From positions 1 through 39,364 of the forward strand of contig SNRW01000027.1 in assembly GCA_008636045.1 (NCBI GenBank): 39,364 nt of DNA, read 5' to 3'. The notes beneath the pieces are model-generated. The model was given only the letters and a program-made list of their open reading frames with translations. It searched no databases and was not told where the DNA came from. Below are positions 13,801 to 24,400 of this stretch, one piece after another (position 1 is the stretch's first letter; every line of letters starts with the position of its first letter). The translations under genes and the position numbers were made by a program. This DNA comes from Streblomastix strix. Lineage: Eukaryota.

Positions 13801-15669
13801 GGGGAATGGGAGACACTTAATCAACTTGTTCTTATTCACACAATACTGAGATTTGGAAAGGATGAAAATAAAAGAAAAGTTGCAATTGCAGTTTAGCCTA
13901 AAGTTGAGAAACTTACGAATTAATCATATGTAGTTGAATTAGAATAAAGCAAGAATTGGTAATTTGGGCAGAAAGATAACATTATTTTGAAAGCTCAAAA
14001 AACGAACTAAATGATATCTAAGATTATAAATGATGCAGCTAAAGAGAAACGTAAATAATAAGAACTTGCAGAATTAGAAGAAAAATAAAAATAAGAAAAA
14101 TAAGATTAATAAGAAAACTAAAAAGAATAATTGAGTTCAGTTTCAGATTCATCATCTGATGAAAGTTCATTTGATGAAGAAAAGAATGAAAAAAGAAAGA
14201 AAAAACATAATAAAAAGAGAAATAGTAAATAAAGATCATTGGATAGAGAAAAAGATTAAAAGAAGAATAAAAAAGAAATACAAAAGGAAAAAGAAAACGA
14301 TCGTTTAAAGATAAATAGCAAAGAAGTTATAAATTAAAACGCTAATAATATTGAAAAATCATCTGAAAAAGGTAAAGAAATTGATAATAAAAGACGTTCT
14401 TAATAGAATATAAATGAAAAAGAAATTGATTCAAATAATCATTAAGAGAGAAAGAAAATAAAAGATAATGTATAAAGAAATAAAAACGAAAAATCAAACG
14501 AATATTCCAATGAAAATAATTAAGTTATTAATAATGGAAAGGATGAATATTATGGATAAGAGAAATAATAAGAATAATAAAAAGACAAAAGAAAATCACA
14601 ATAATAAATGAATTAAAAACTTGTTAATAAATAAAAATTTAAATTAAAAACAAATCAAAAAGATCATGAGAAATAAAAATTAATTGGAAATTCAGGAATA
14701 GGAAAAGAGAACGAAAATGAAAATGAAATTTAAATATAAAAATTATTCAAAAGTAACAGTATCAATATTATTCATAGCAAATCACCATTACATCCAACTT
14801 CTTCATCACCATTATATCCAACTTCATTATCTCCAAATCGACCTCATTCTTTATTAGTTCAATCTCCATCATAACCTGTATATACTTCATTATATTCAAA
14901 ATAATTACATTCATCTTCATCTAATTAACTCCAACATCCAAATTCTTAATCGCCAGGTAAACCTCACTATTTATTAATTCATCCAATTTCTTAATCTCCT
15001 TAACATCAAACTTCTTCATCTCCATTAAATTCAATCTCTTCATCTCAATTAAATTCAACTTCTTTGTCTCCATTATATCCAATCTCTAAATCTCCTATTA
15101 AACCTCAATCTTTATTAGATCATTCTCCTTTATAACAAGTTGATTCTTCATTATCGCAATAATTACCTTCTTAATTAGTGTATTTATAATAAACACACAT
15201 ATTAACCGATCCAACTCAAAGTCCAACTAAAAATTCTATTAGGAATCCTTCATAATATCCACATCTTCAAATGCAAAATTATTCATCAACAAAGTTTACT
15301 TCATCTCATGATTCATCTTCTCCATTTTTTAGGTCTTCTTCAGTTTTGTCATTTTCATCTTCAAAGGCAGATTTAAATGAAGATTGGTATTTAATTGATA
15401 AAATAGAAAATGATGAAGAATTGTTGATAGTGATAAATGAAGAATATTAATAAGAATAGAATGTTGATGAATTGAATAAAAAGAAATAGATTTAATAATC
15501 ATAAAATATCTATTAAAGTAATATTTAATGTTAATCTATTAATAATAATGGCCATATACCATCAAAATCATCACTATCTATTTATGCCAATATGATTTCT
15601 AATGATGATTGGTTTTTGGTAAACAAGAAAGAAGAAAAAGAAAGTATAAAGAAAACAAATCATTTTTGA
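10815..15669 (+). CDS. ~1495-aa protein: N-terminal divergent SH3 domain, ARM/HEAT-like helical repeats, K/E/Q-rich region, Ser/Pro-rich tail. Exons 10815-12411, 12541-12598, 12718-13622, 13742-15669
   Basis: ATG at 10815: MQNINELFEVVVEYVYSDGDSPFLLPISKGEIVEVIQKELKQYTIEKDGVVIKIPSSYLRP (SH3 pattern). Three AT-rich GT..AG introns (12412-12540, 12599-12717, 13623-13741) join in frame (4488 nt = 1496 codons). No in-frame TGA was seen before 15667. The repeated module HP...LA...ENH appears twice, each split by a phase-1 intron at the equivalent position. Confidence 0.88.
14776..15170 (+). repeat. Coding 24-nt (8-aa) Ser-Pro repeats with a larger internal duplication
   Basis: SPLHPTSS SPLYPTSL SPNRPHSLL ... 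SPLNSISS SQLNSTSL SPLYPISK SPIKPQSLL. Confidence 0.75.
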
Positions 15670-16350
15670 AAATGAAATTCTACTAAATTATTTTTTTAAT
15701 GTCTTTTTTAAACATTAAATTATTTTCTTTTACATTTTATTTTAAAGAGAGTTTTTTATTCTTTTTATTTTAATCTAAACTATCTGTCAAATGCTTACTT
15801 ATTATCATATCATTCGTTCTAGTTAATCGAATTATTTTTATTGATTTTTTCTATAACTTTTTTCATTTCAAGTTTTATTCTTTCTTTTATGATCATTTTT
15901 AGAGTGTTTTTTATTTTATCAAGAGGAAGTTTTTTTTTTTAATTTTTAATTTGAATAAGTAGGCCTGGCAAAATCGGCACGAAGTCAATTTTCGACGGAC
16001 AAAACCCTCAAGCTGTCGACATAGACCGTGTCTCCCAATTAAAATTTCAATCATTTCAAACATTGAAATTAGTCAATAAAAAGATATTATTTAGAGATAC
16101 ATAGTACATATTTATTAATTTTTTAATTATTCAATAACAATAATATAAAAATAAGCTCATTTAAGAACATGATGAAGATAAATATATTAAAATTGCACAT
16201 AAAAAAGTATTTATAATAATATATATTATATTTATTTATAATTAATATAATTAATTTGTAGCAATCATATGAAAATCAGAATGTTTAAGAGCATGATAGA
16301 AGATTGAGATATTCGATTTACACCGCTATGGGGACTAGACAGACAGACAG

Positions 16351-16476
16351 ACGGGTATTGTTACGCTCACCCGTAAACTCACCTTCACCCAGCTGGGTGA
16401 GTTTAATTTTTTTCTTACGCTCACCGGCTGGGTGAGCGTAAGAATTTCATCCTTAAATCCACCAGCTGGGTATGTG
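16351..16476. repeat. Array of GC-rich palindromic units (CTCACCCAGCTGGGTGAG-like) forming the DIRS insertion site
   Basis: Perfect palindrome TCACCCAGCTGGGTGA (16385-16400). A 14-bp inverted repeat TTCTTACGCTCACC-ggctg-GGTGAGCGTAAGAA (16412-16444). CCAGCTGG at 16462-16469. Preceded by (AGAC)n. Confidence 0.85.
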
Positions 16477-16585
16477 TAAAACCCAATCATAAATTCTGGG
16501 TTTTATATAACCCAGTCCATTATAATAATTCTCCATTGTTTATTAGAATATAGTTAGACCAGAAATGGGTCGGATCTGACAAAAC
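16477..16585. repeat. Left inverted terminal repeat of DIRS element 1
   Basis: ataataattctccattgtttattagaatatagttagaccagaaatgggtcggatctgac is the reverse complement, with few mismatches, of 21474-21532. Internal hairpin CTGGGTT-ttatat-AACCCAG at 16496-16515. Confidence 0.9.
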
Positions 16586-16616
16586 TCAAAAACAACTCGG
16601 TTAATACAACATTTGA

Positions 16617-17676
16617 ATGGCCTCTGCCGATCCCCCTACTCTAAATATACAACCTGAAAACAACTTGCAAGTAGAATAACCACCAGAAGCTCTCAAACCC
16701 CCTCAAATGAAACAGGATGCCGTTCTACCTTTCATGAAAAGCCTACTAAACCAGACTGCACATACTCCTGAAGAGGAACATCAAATCTAATAAATTACAT
16801 CTGCAAAGCTCTTAATAGAACAGTACTAAAACGGAGAAAGTCGTTGATTTGGATCCAACAAGTAAACGTCTAACGAAATACGAACTAGAAGCGCTTGATG
16901 ATCGTATGTAGTCAACATTGGGTCTGGAGGTGAATGAAAAGTGCGCAATCGAAAGAGAAGGTGATGCGGACCACGAATTCGAAGCAGAAATATGCAAATT
17001 AGCGGTTGACGGACAAAGAGCTGCAACAACTGCATTTACATGCTTGGCGACCGGAGACTTTGAATCAGCAACGCAATGGATGCTAACATCACGCCACTAT
17101 GATCGAATCATTGCTGGCAAAGCCTAATGGAGACGAGAGTAAGCCCTTGTTCCCGACATTTTTAAAGGTCTTCTAGGTCCAAATGTAGGCGTTTCCGAAG
17201 TCCTAGGTCAAAAATCAAAAGATAAACTCAAGGAACAAGCAAAAACTGCCAAATTAATCGAATAATCTAAAGAATCATAAATTACAACTACAAAATCGAT
17301 TCATTAACCTTAAAGCTCCATTCAATAAATTCCAATATCCCCATAAACTTAGCAATATCAACAACTTATTATTTAGATACTACCATTACTATAGCCTTTC
17401 AGCTATTAATCATCTACATTATCAAGTCACTCGTAATCGTATAATAATAGTTCAAACAACTTTCGCTAATGGAGCCGATGTAGAGGTGGCCCTTTCAAAA
17501 GAGATCGATAAGGCATCATTTCTCCATACCTCAATTACTACAATAGCCAACTGTAATAACCATGTTAGTTCCCAAATCAATAATAAAATCAATTCCAATC
17601 TCAATTCGTGAGCTTGTTGCCTAACTAACCTACATCATCTAATGCAACTGCAGCTCATCAAGCTAAGCATGAATGA
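16617..17676 (+). pseudogene. Gag-like ORF1 of DIRS element 1
   Basis: MASADPPTLNIQPENNLQ..., one frameshift near 16838, then VVDLDPTSKRLTKYELEALDDRMQSTLGLEVNEK...RIIAGKAQWRREQALVP and a Q/P/S-rich tail to TGA 17674. Called gag from its position. Confidence 0.7.
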
Positions 17677-17779
17677 ATCGATCGATTGAAAGACCCTTGA
17701 GTAATGAATGATGACTCCAAGAGCGAGAATGACGATGATGACTAATGAATGAACCTAACAGACAGCGAACGAAGGAACA

Positions 17780-19768
17780 ATGCCTCAAATGGTGATGGAT
17801 TTCAACAATGTGCCGGTTTCAGACATACTAATGATGAGATTGACCGAATGGAACAAGATCGGAGGCAAATAAATGATCATAAATGGAGCTCAACCAGAAT
17901 GGACATCACCAATAGCACCTCTTCTCCTATAGTAAATGAAACAACCACGTCAATTCAAAGGTAATCTAATCAAGGAGTAGGAATATCAAAGTTAGTTGAA
18001 CGAAGAGCTCAAGAATGGTATAATCAAGGAAACAAATTCAATACAGGTTTATAACCCAACATTTATTGTCCCTCGGAAGGATGGAAGACTAGGGAAAATG
18101 ATGGATTGCTGAAAGATCAACTTCTTTACTAAGCATGTTCATTTCAAGATGGATGGTGGAGAACAATTGAGATAAATTCTCCAGCAATCAGATTATGTCA
18201 CAATTCTAGATATTAAGGATGCATTCCACCATATCCATGTACAACCCAACCTACAACAATTTCTCGGCTTCAAATTTAAGAATAAAAGCTATACGTACCT
18301 CGGACTTTCTTTTGGAAGGAATCTCAGCCCCTTCTTTTTTAGTAAAACACTTGCAATAGCGATACGAACAATCAGAACAAGGTGGAAAATTAAGATATAC
18401 CACTATATGGACGATATAATTTTAATCCATCATTCAAAGGACACTTTGAAACAAACAACACTAGATGAAATTCGCTTCCTACGGAACCTAGGCTTGCGCC
18501 TCTCACCTAATAAGTGTGTGTTAATACCCAAGATGATTTTCTAATATCAAGGTTGGTAATTCCAAACTGCATCAATGGAAGTAACAATGACACCATATAG
18601 AAGAAGAAAGATGAAGAATAAACTAAAAGCATGGATCCAAATGACAAACCAAAGATAAATTATGACAACTAGAAGTTTAGCATCCTTAATTGGAGATATT
18701 AATTACCTTCGATTTCAATTCCCTCAAATATCACTTTGGATGAACTCTCTAAATAACCTAAAAACTAAAGCAGTAGCCAAAGGTGGATGGGAAGCACTAG
18801 TGAAGTTGAATAATCAAATTCTGGGAAATTTGTAAGCAATTCTTATCTTGATTAAACAAAATAGACCAAGACAACTGAAAGATCGAACCCCGAACACAAT
18901 CCTGACGTCTGATGCTAGCGAAGATAACTGAGGCATCATATTGGATCATTCCAACGAATAAATATTGGACGCTGGCTAATAAAAGGGTTCTTGGCATCTT
19001 CATTCTAGTAACTAGAGAAAACTAGCAGCAGTTCTAATCTCGCTAAGAAGTCAACAACAAACATTAATAGACTAGTAAACGAAATGCATTCTTTTTAAGA
19101 CGGTCAAAACAACAACGGAGTTTGTGATACGTAAATGGAAAGTAGCATCAGCAATTCTACATCTGGTGAGAGAGATTTTTCTTCTCCTTAATAATGTAGA
19201 TATAATGATCAACACGGAACATCTCCCTGGGTTGGAGAACTCGACTGCAGATGCATTGAGCATCCTGTCATGGATAGGATATTATCAGATCAACCAAGTT
19301 CTTCTTAACGAAGCACTTCAGTAAATCAACTTCCAATCTACTCTGGACACCTTCGCCCATAAAACAAATAAGTAATTGAAAAGATATTGTTCGCCTTAAG
19401 AAGACAACAAAGCAATCTCCAGAAACACACTGAACATTCCATGGACTAGCGAGCTACTTCTCCTACATTCTCCCAAAGGTTTCATCCCGAAAGTAATTCA
19501 GAAGACGATTAGAGATCAAATGGAAGCTGTACTAATACTTCCAAGATGGTGCCTCAACAAGTACAGAACAATGCTTCCTCCAATTCAGAATTAAGTAACA
19601 CTAGGACCATCAGATCAAGTTCTAATAAAAGGAAAGACAATGAAAGAACTCTTAAAACTACCAATAGGAATCATAGAGATGATAAAGATAAATACAAAGA
19701 AGGAGAGCAGCTATACAGAGAACTTGCAGAACTAACAAAGTTAGACTCAGTTGCAATTGACTAATTGA
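17780..19768 (+). pseudogene. Pol ORF: reverse transcriptase - RNase H - methyltransferase-like domain (DIRS)
   Basis: RT: YNPTFIVPRKDGR, LDIKDAFHHI, LSFGRNLSP, YMDD (18404-18415). RNase H: TSDASEDN*G, SSNQRKLAAV, EHLPGLENSTADALS. MT-like: LDTFAHKTNKQLKRYCS...IPW...LILPRW. In-frame TGA at 18110 and 18929. Confidence 0.95.
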
Positions 19769-20714
19769 TTGCTGGCATCAATCCAGAGACATGGAGGAAA
19801 GGAAGAGCGGGATTACCTTCAATAGCTAATTATTTGAAATAGAACAACATTAACACCTCTACTCTACTGGGCAATAAACCTGATGTTGAACTAGTTAATG
19901 CACTAGCATGGTATAAGGAACGCAGAGGACCAAAATTCTAACAGAGAATGAAGAATATGAAGATGCATTGCGGTGTTATGCTCTCTCAATTCTCACAAAT
20001 GAATAATATTAATAATTCATCATTAGTTAAAACCAACTCCAAAGGATAAAGACTCTCAATCCAGTCAAAACCAAGATTTCCAACCATACAGAATCTCCAA
20101 ATACTCTTTAATTATATCAATACACATGCACCAACAACTCCAGAAGACATTCAACAGACTGCTATGGCTATGATAGTAGCCTTTTGCGCAGCTATATGAC
20201 GGAACTGGTATTTATGAAACAATCGAAGATGATTGATGATATGCACTCCTTATCACATAAAACTCAAACTTCCAAAGAAAAGCAAGTAATCATTCATATG
20301 TTTACATTTGAAGAACGTACTGGCATCTGTTGTCCAGTTAAAACACTAAGAAAATGGACCCAATAAAGAAATATGAGTGGAATTTCTGAAGATCAAATAT
20401 GGTACAATCATACAAAACATTTACCAGCTAGCTCTGAATACTGCAGCCACCAATTAACAGCAATTATTAGAAGAGCTGGAATAACATCACCATACACTGG
20501 ACCAACTATTCGCCACGCAATGATGACACGATTAAGAGCTGCAGGGGCAACATAAACCGAAGAGAATGCAATCACACGACATGTAATCGCATATAATGTA
20601 GTCAATATCTATTATAATAAACCTGTAGAACGAGATCTCGCTTCAATGCTGATCTTGAATGAAAAGATATACATGAATTCAATGAAAACTATATAATTAA
20701 TATTAATTAAATGA
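19546..20714 (+). pseudogene. Tyrosine recombinase ORF of DIRS element 1
   Basis: TAMAMIVAFCAA[R]MTEL, with a 1-nt frameshift at ~20194 removing the first catalytic Arg; then CCPVKTLRKW, YTGPTIRHAMMTRL (20493-), TRH...VVNIYY (catalytic His/Tyr region). Overlaps the 3' end of pol. Confidence 0.9.
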
Positions 20715-20849
20715 AATTAGAACATTAAAATTTAATACATTGATTAGGCATGTCTCGAAAACGACCTGGATATGGCACGTTCGTCCCATTCAGCAAATAT
20801 AATTAATTAAACAATATATGGGCCACAACACAATCTCACTTCAAATGTC

Positions 20850-20854
<5 letters not shown>

Positions 20855-20900
<46 letters not shown>

Positions 20901-20920
20901 AGATATAAATATAAATATAA
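20855..20920. repeat. Compound microsatellite (AT)n(AGATAT)n(AAATAT)n
   Basis: Directly visible. Confidence 0.95.
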
Positions 20921-21110
20921 ACTATAAATGGCCCATTTCATAAATCCATTCCAAAAAGCCCAAACATATGAATACTCTAGTGGGTCACTTCATAGAACCA
21001 CTTCATTAGCTTAAATTCATCAAATATATCTAAATTATTCATAGGCCACCTCATATTATCATTTCATCAGCCCAAATTTAATATAAACACTTACCTCTTT
21101 TAACGATTAC

Positions 21111-21222
21111 ATAGTCCAATAAACAATGAAGATTTATTATAATGGATTGTGTTATATATTAAACCTAGAATTTATGATTGAGTTTTTAATATACTCAGAA
21201 CAAATATAATAAATCTCCATTG
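21111..21222. repeat. Internal complementary region (ICR) of DIRS element 1
   Basis: 21111-21187 is complementary to the left terminus (16477-16551) and 21186-21222 is complementary to the right terminus (21516-21553), so the ICR is a copy of the circular end-to-end junction. Confidence 0.9.
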
Positions 21223-21467
21223 ATTTTGTTTTTCAAACAAACACAATACTATATTGCATTTAAATTTATTTTTTATAGTCTCCAGTAACCCGGAGTCTCA
21301 GTTCCTTACGTTTAAGACGTAGCAGAACTGGAGAATCTTGGGGAAGTATCAACAGACGAGAAAAACGAATAAGGCGCGTAGTGATGTTCGTATTGGGAGG
21401 TTTTCGATCTCTCGACTCAAATGAATTTTATTCACATTACTTATTTTTTACCTTAAACCTCGTTATT

Positions 21468-21553
21468 AGTTATGTTAGATCCGACCCATTTCAGGTTTAA
21501 CTATATTCCAATAAACAATGGAGATTTATTATATATGTTCTGGGTATTTTAAA
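21468..21553. repeat. Right inverted terminal repeat plus unique right extension of DIRS element 1
   Basis: gttagatccgacccatttcaggtttaactatattccaataaacaatggagatttattat is followed by atatgttctgggtattttaaa, which is matched only by the ICR. Confidence 0.9.
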
Positions 21554-21814
21554 GATTTTTACCTATTACTCATCCAGGTTAAAAAATAGAACATATTTAA
21601 TATATACAAATATTATTATACTATTATGTTTATTTAAAATATTTTATTTGAAACTTTGTTACATTGTACATAAATTTCATTTTTAATTTAATTTATTTCA
21701 ATTTGTTATTTTTCTTTATAATTATTAAATAAATAAATAAATTTGTAAATATATCATAATTTATTCTTACAAATTTATTGATTTAAATTGAAATTTTAGT
21801 AAAATAGTGATTGA

Positions 21815-22560
21815 ACAATCATCATCTTGGAGTTTTTCAGTTGAAGATTTTACCATCAGCACTGCCTGACACAGTTTGTGCTCCATCTAGTGATCATGTT
21901 ACACATGTTATAGATTATTACTAATTGATCTGCTTCTGCTACTGCAAACTTCTTCAAAATTGGATTCACAGCAATATCAAAGAGCTCCATATCTGACAGT
22001 TCATCTTTACGAAGTTGATTCATTCAAATGCTTCAAAATATGTTGCAAAACAATCTGAACTATATTCAATATGAGAATTGACATGTTATTAATTTAATCC
22101 TTGGAAAGTTGCACCATTGAGCATTTGTTTTAGATGTATATGACGTTTAAGAAACTAAGAAAATAATATATATAAATTGTTAATATATCAATTGTAAATA
22201 ATTATTAGTTATATAATTTAATGTCAAATAAACAAAATTTATTTAAAAAAATATAAAATAATTGAAAATTATTATATCAAAATGAACATACTCATGTTTA
22301 CATCTGATAATCAGAACAACAAAATCTCCTGTTGTAGAATCTAGATTAATGTATTTGCCATCATTATCATTGACTGTAGTTGTTCAGACTTACCTCATAT
22401 GATTTTATATAATATAATTTTTGATGAGTTAAGCGTACTTATAATCAATGATACATATTTATTGGTTGAATAAGTTCCACGTTTTGAATGATTCATCCAA
22501 ATTGTTATTGAACCAGAAGAAATTTGTATATTCAAGGTGAACATGACTACCATAAACTGA
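21815..22560 (-). pseudogene. WD40-repeat protein C-terminal remnant (CFAP52/WDR16-like)
   Basis: The last exon reads QMLNGATFQGL...SSDCFATYFEAFE and ELFDIAVNPILKKFAVAEADQLVIIYN and CVT*SLDGAQTVSGSADGKIFN*KTP, a WD40 tail. An AT-rich intron-like gap lies at ~22155-22290. Stops and frameshifts present. Confidence 0.55.
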
Positions 22561-23641
22561 AAAAATATTTAAATAAAATAAAATAAAAAATTTAGTTTGA
22601 GTTTAAGTTAATTTAAATCCTATTATTCATACTTGATCTTCTCCATGCCACATTCTATACTATATAATTATCATACTATCCTCCAAAAGTGACAAAGCAT
22701 TACTTAAAAGGCGAAAAAAAATATTTTTAAGACTATTATTTTGTGATAATGTAGTTTGTAATGCATTCTCCTTGCATCATAGTCACAAATTGCAATATCA
22801 GCTTAATAAGTGTTTATAAGATAAAAAATAATATTTTAAGAAACTAATTATAAGATGGAAAGGAAAGAATAAACCGATTAGCTCGTGCGCGTTTTCTCGC
22901 TAAACGTGATGTATGGTCCACTTCAAAATATTGCAATAGATACAATCTTTTTTATGGGCTTACGAAGGAACTCAGTGTGCTAGTCCGGAGAATAAATAAT
23001 AAAATTACTGTAAATCGTATAAAACGCATGATATAATAAATTCCATTTGATGAAAATAATTAATATAATAATAAAAATAAAATGAATTAATAGAATTATT
23101 TTACAAAATATAATAATAAATAAAAAATAAAATTAACAATAGTACATTAATCAAAATTTATTAAGAAAAAATTATTATACAAGTTTTTTGACAAAAAATA
23201 GACAAAAATATTTATATTATATATTATAAATTGTAAAAAAATAATAAAAAAAATTTGAAATGAATTAATATATAAATAATACATTGGCGTGTGAGATTGA
23301 GAAGGAAAACTAAAAATACTGTATCAGCTTTCTAATAAAATAGTTCTTTATGTAGTTACAAATATCTATAATAATAATGATCGTATCTAAAGTAAATAAA
23401 ATAAAATATCTAATTGTAATGTGCCTCTTTATTGAAGCTATTTCGAGAAACTTAATTTGTCTGATCTGCATCTATTTCGAAGTAAAAAATTAAATGATGG
23501 ATGAAAAGAATAATTAAAGTTTTAATTTTAAGTTACTCATCCTCTTTGTTACGAGACTGCCATACTCGGCCGTAAAGACCGGATGCTCCCCCGAGCTGTC
23601 CATCTCTATGGGTCGGCCATCAAAAAACAAAGAAAGCAGAA

Positions 23642-24400
23642 ATGGACGCAAATCAGGGCCATTCCAAAAATGCGCGTTAGTTCAATTGGCTATTGCACGC
23701 TACAAGCGCATACGTAGGGCACCAATTCGAGTCATACAGTAGACTTGCCCCTCGCTCAACTGAATTTAGACGTATTTCACTCAGTTCGATAGTTTGCGCC
23801 CACTGTAGGCATTAACGCAACCATATAACACACCAAACCGCAATCATTCATTTAAGGATACCTAATGCAAGTAATGGAAGGCTTCATCGGAGCGTCGCTG
23901 CTGGAACTGACATCTATGCAACAAATATGGCGAATACATAGGTTCGAGAGGTAATGCAACGCGCAGCACGAGCTCCGCAGCTTTTACAACACACTGGATA
24001 CTGGCAACAGATCTGCAACTCCTATCGCCAATTTGCGCGATATACGAGCTTGTCCAAGATTTTTAATTGCAAGCGCTGAAGTTCCGGGAGCTTGGCATTC
24101 TTAAAATATATCACATTTTGGAGGGCAATTTGACAGAAACATTGATTGATACCGTCACCGAACTAGTCCTGGCTCTCATGCAGGCAAAACGCCCTAATAT
24201 GGCGAGAATACGACTTTCTTCTGGGATCAATGCCCATTTATTTGATGGGAACAACAACTCCGTGATGAGCCACGCCAACCTAGCGACAACGTAGAGATTG
24301 ACTTGCGTCTAGTTATTAACTTCGGAACAGAGTGTTGCGAATGATTAAAGCAAATTTAATCGAGGCAAGCGCTTTTAAAACCTTCGGGCCCCATTGTGAC
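23642..24400 (+). pseudogene. Gag-like ORF core of DIRS element 2
   Basis: MDANQGHSKNARQFNWLLHATSAYVG..., frameshift, then YELVQDFQLQALKFRELGILKIYHILEGNLTETLIDTVTELVLALMQAKRPNMARIRL. Called from position; degenerate Q-rich coding-like sequence continues to ~27100. Confidence 0.5.

Larger units (their letters stand above)
16477..21553 (+). mobile_element. DIRS1-type tyrosine-recombinase retrotransposon, structurally complete but mutated
   Basis: Gene order gag, RT-RNaseH-MT, YR. Non-identical inverted termini (16477-16585 and ~21468-21553) and an internal complementary region (21111-21222). No conventional TSD; TAAA is shared at both ends. Confidence 0.95.

Noticed and set aside
16351..16476. 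Palindromic repeats as a CRISPR array
   Set aside because: Units are degenerate with short, similar AT-rich linkers rather than unique spacers; there are no cas genes and the context is eukaryotic.
21825..21870. Possible inverted partner of the 15960-16015 island
   Set aside because: Similarity is weak, and the segment is better explained as the WD40 tail (GSADGKIFN*KTP).
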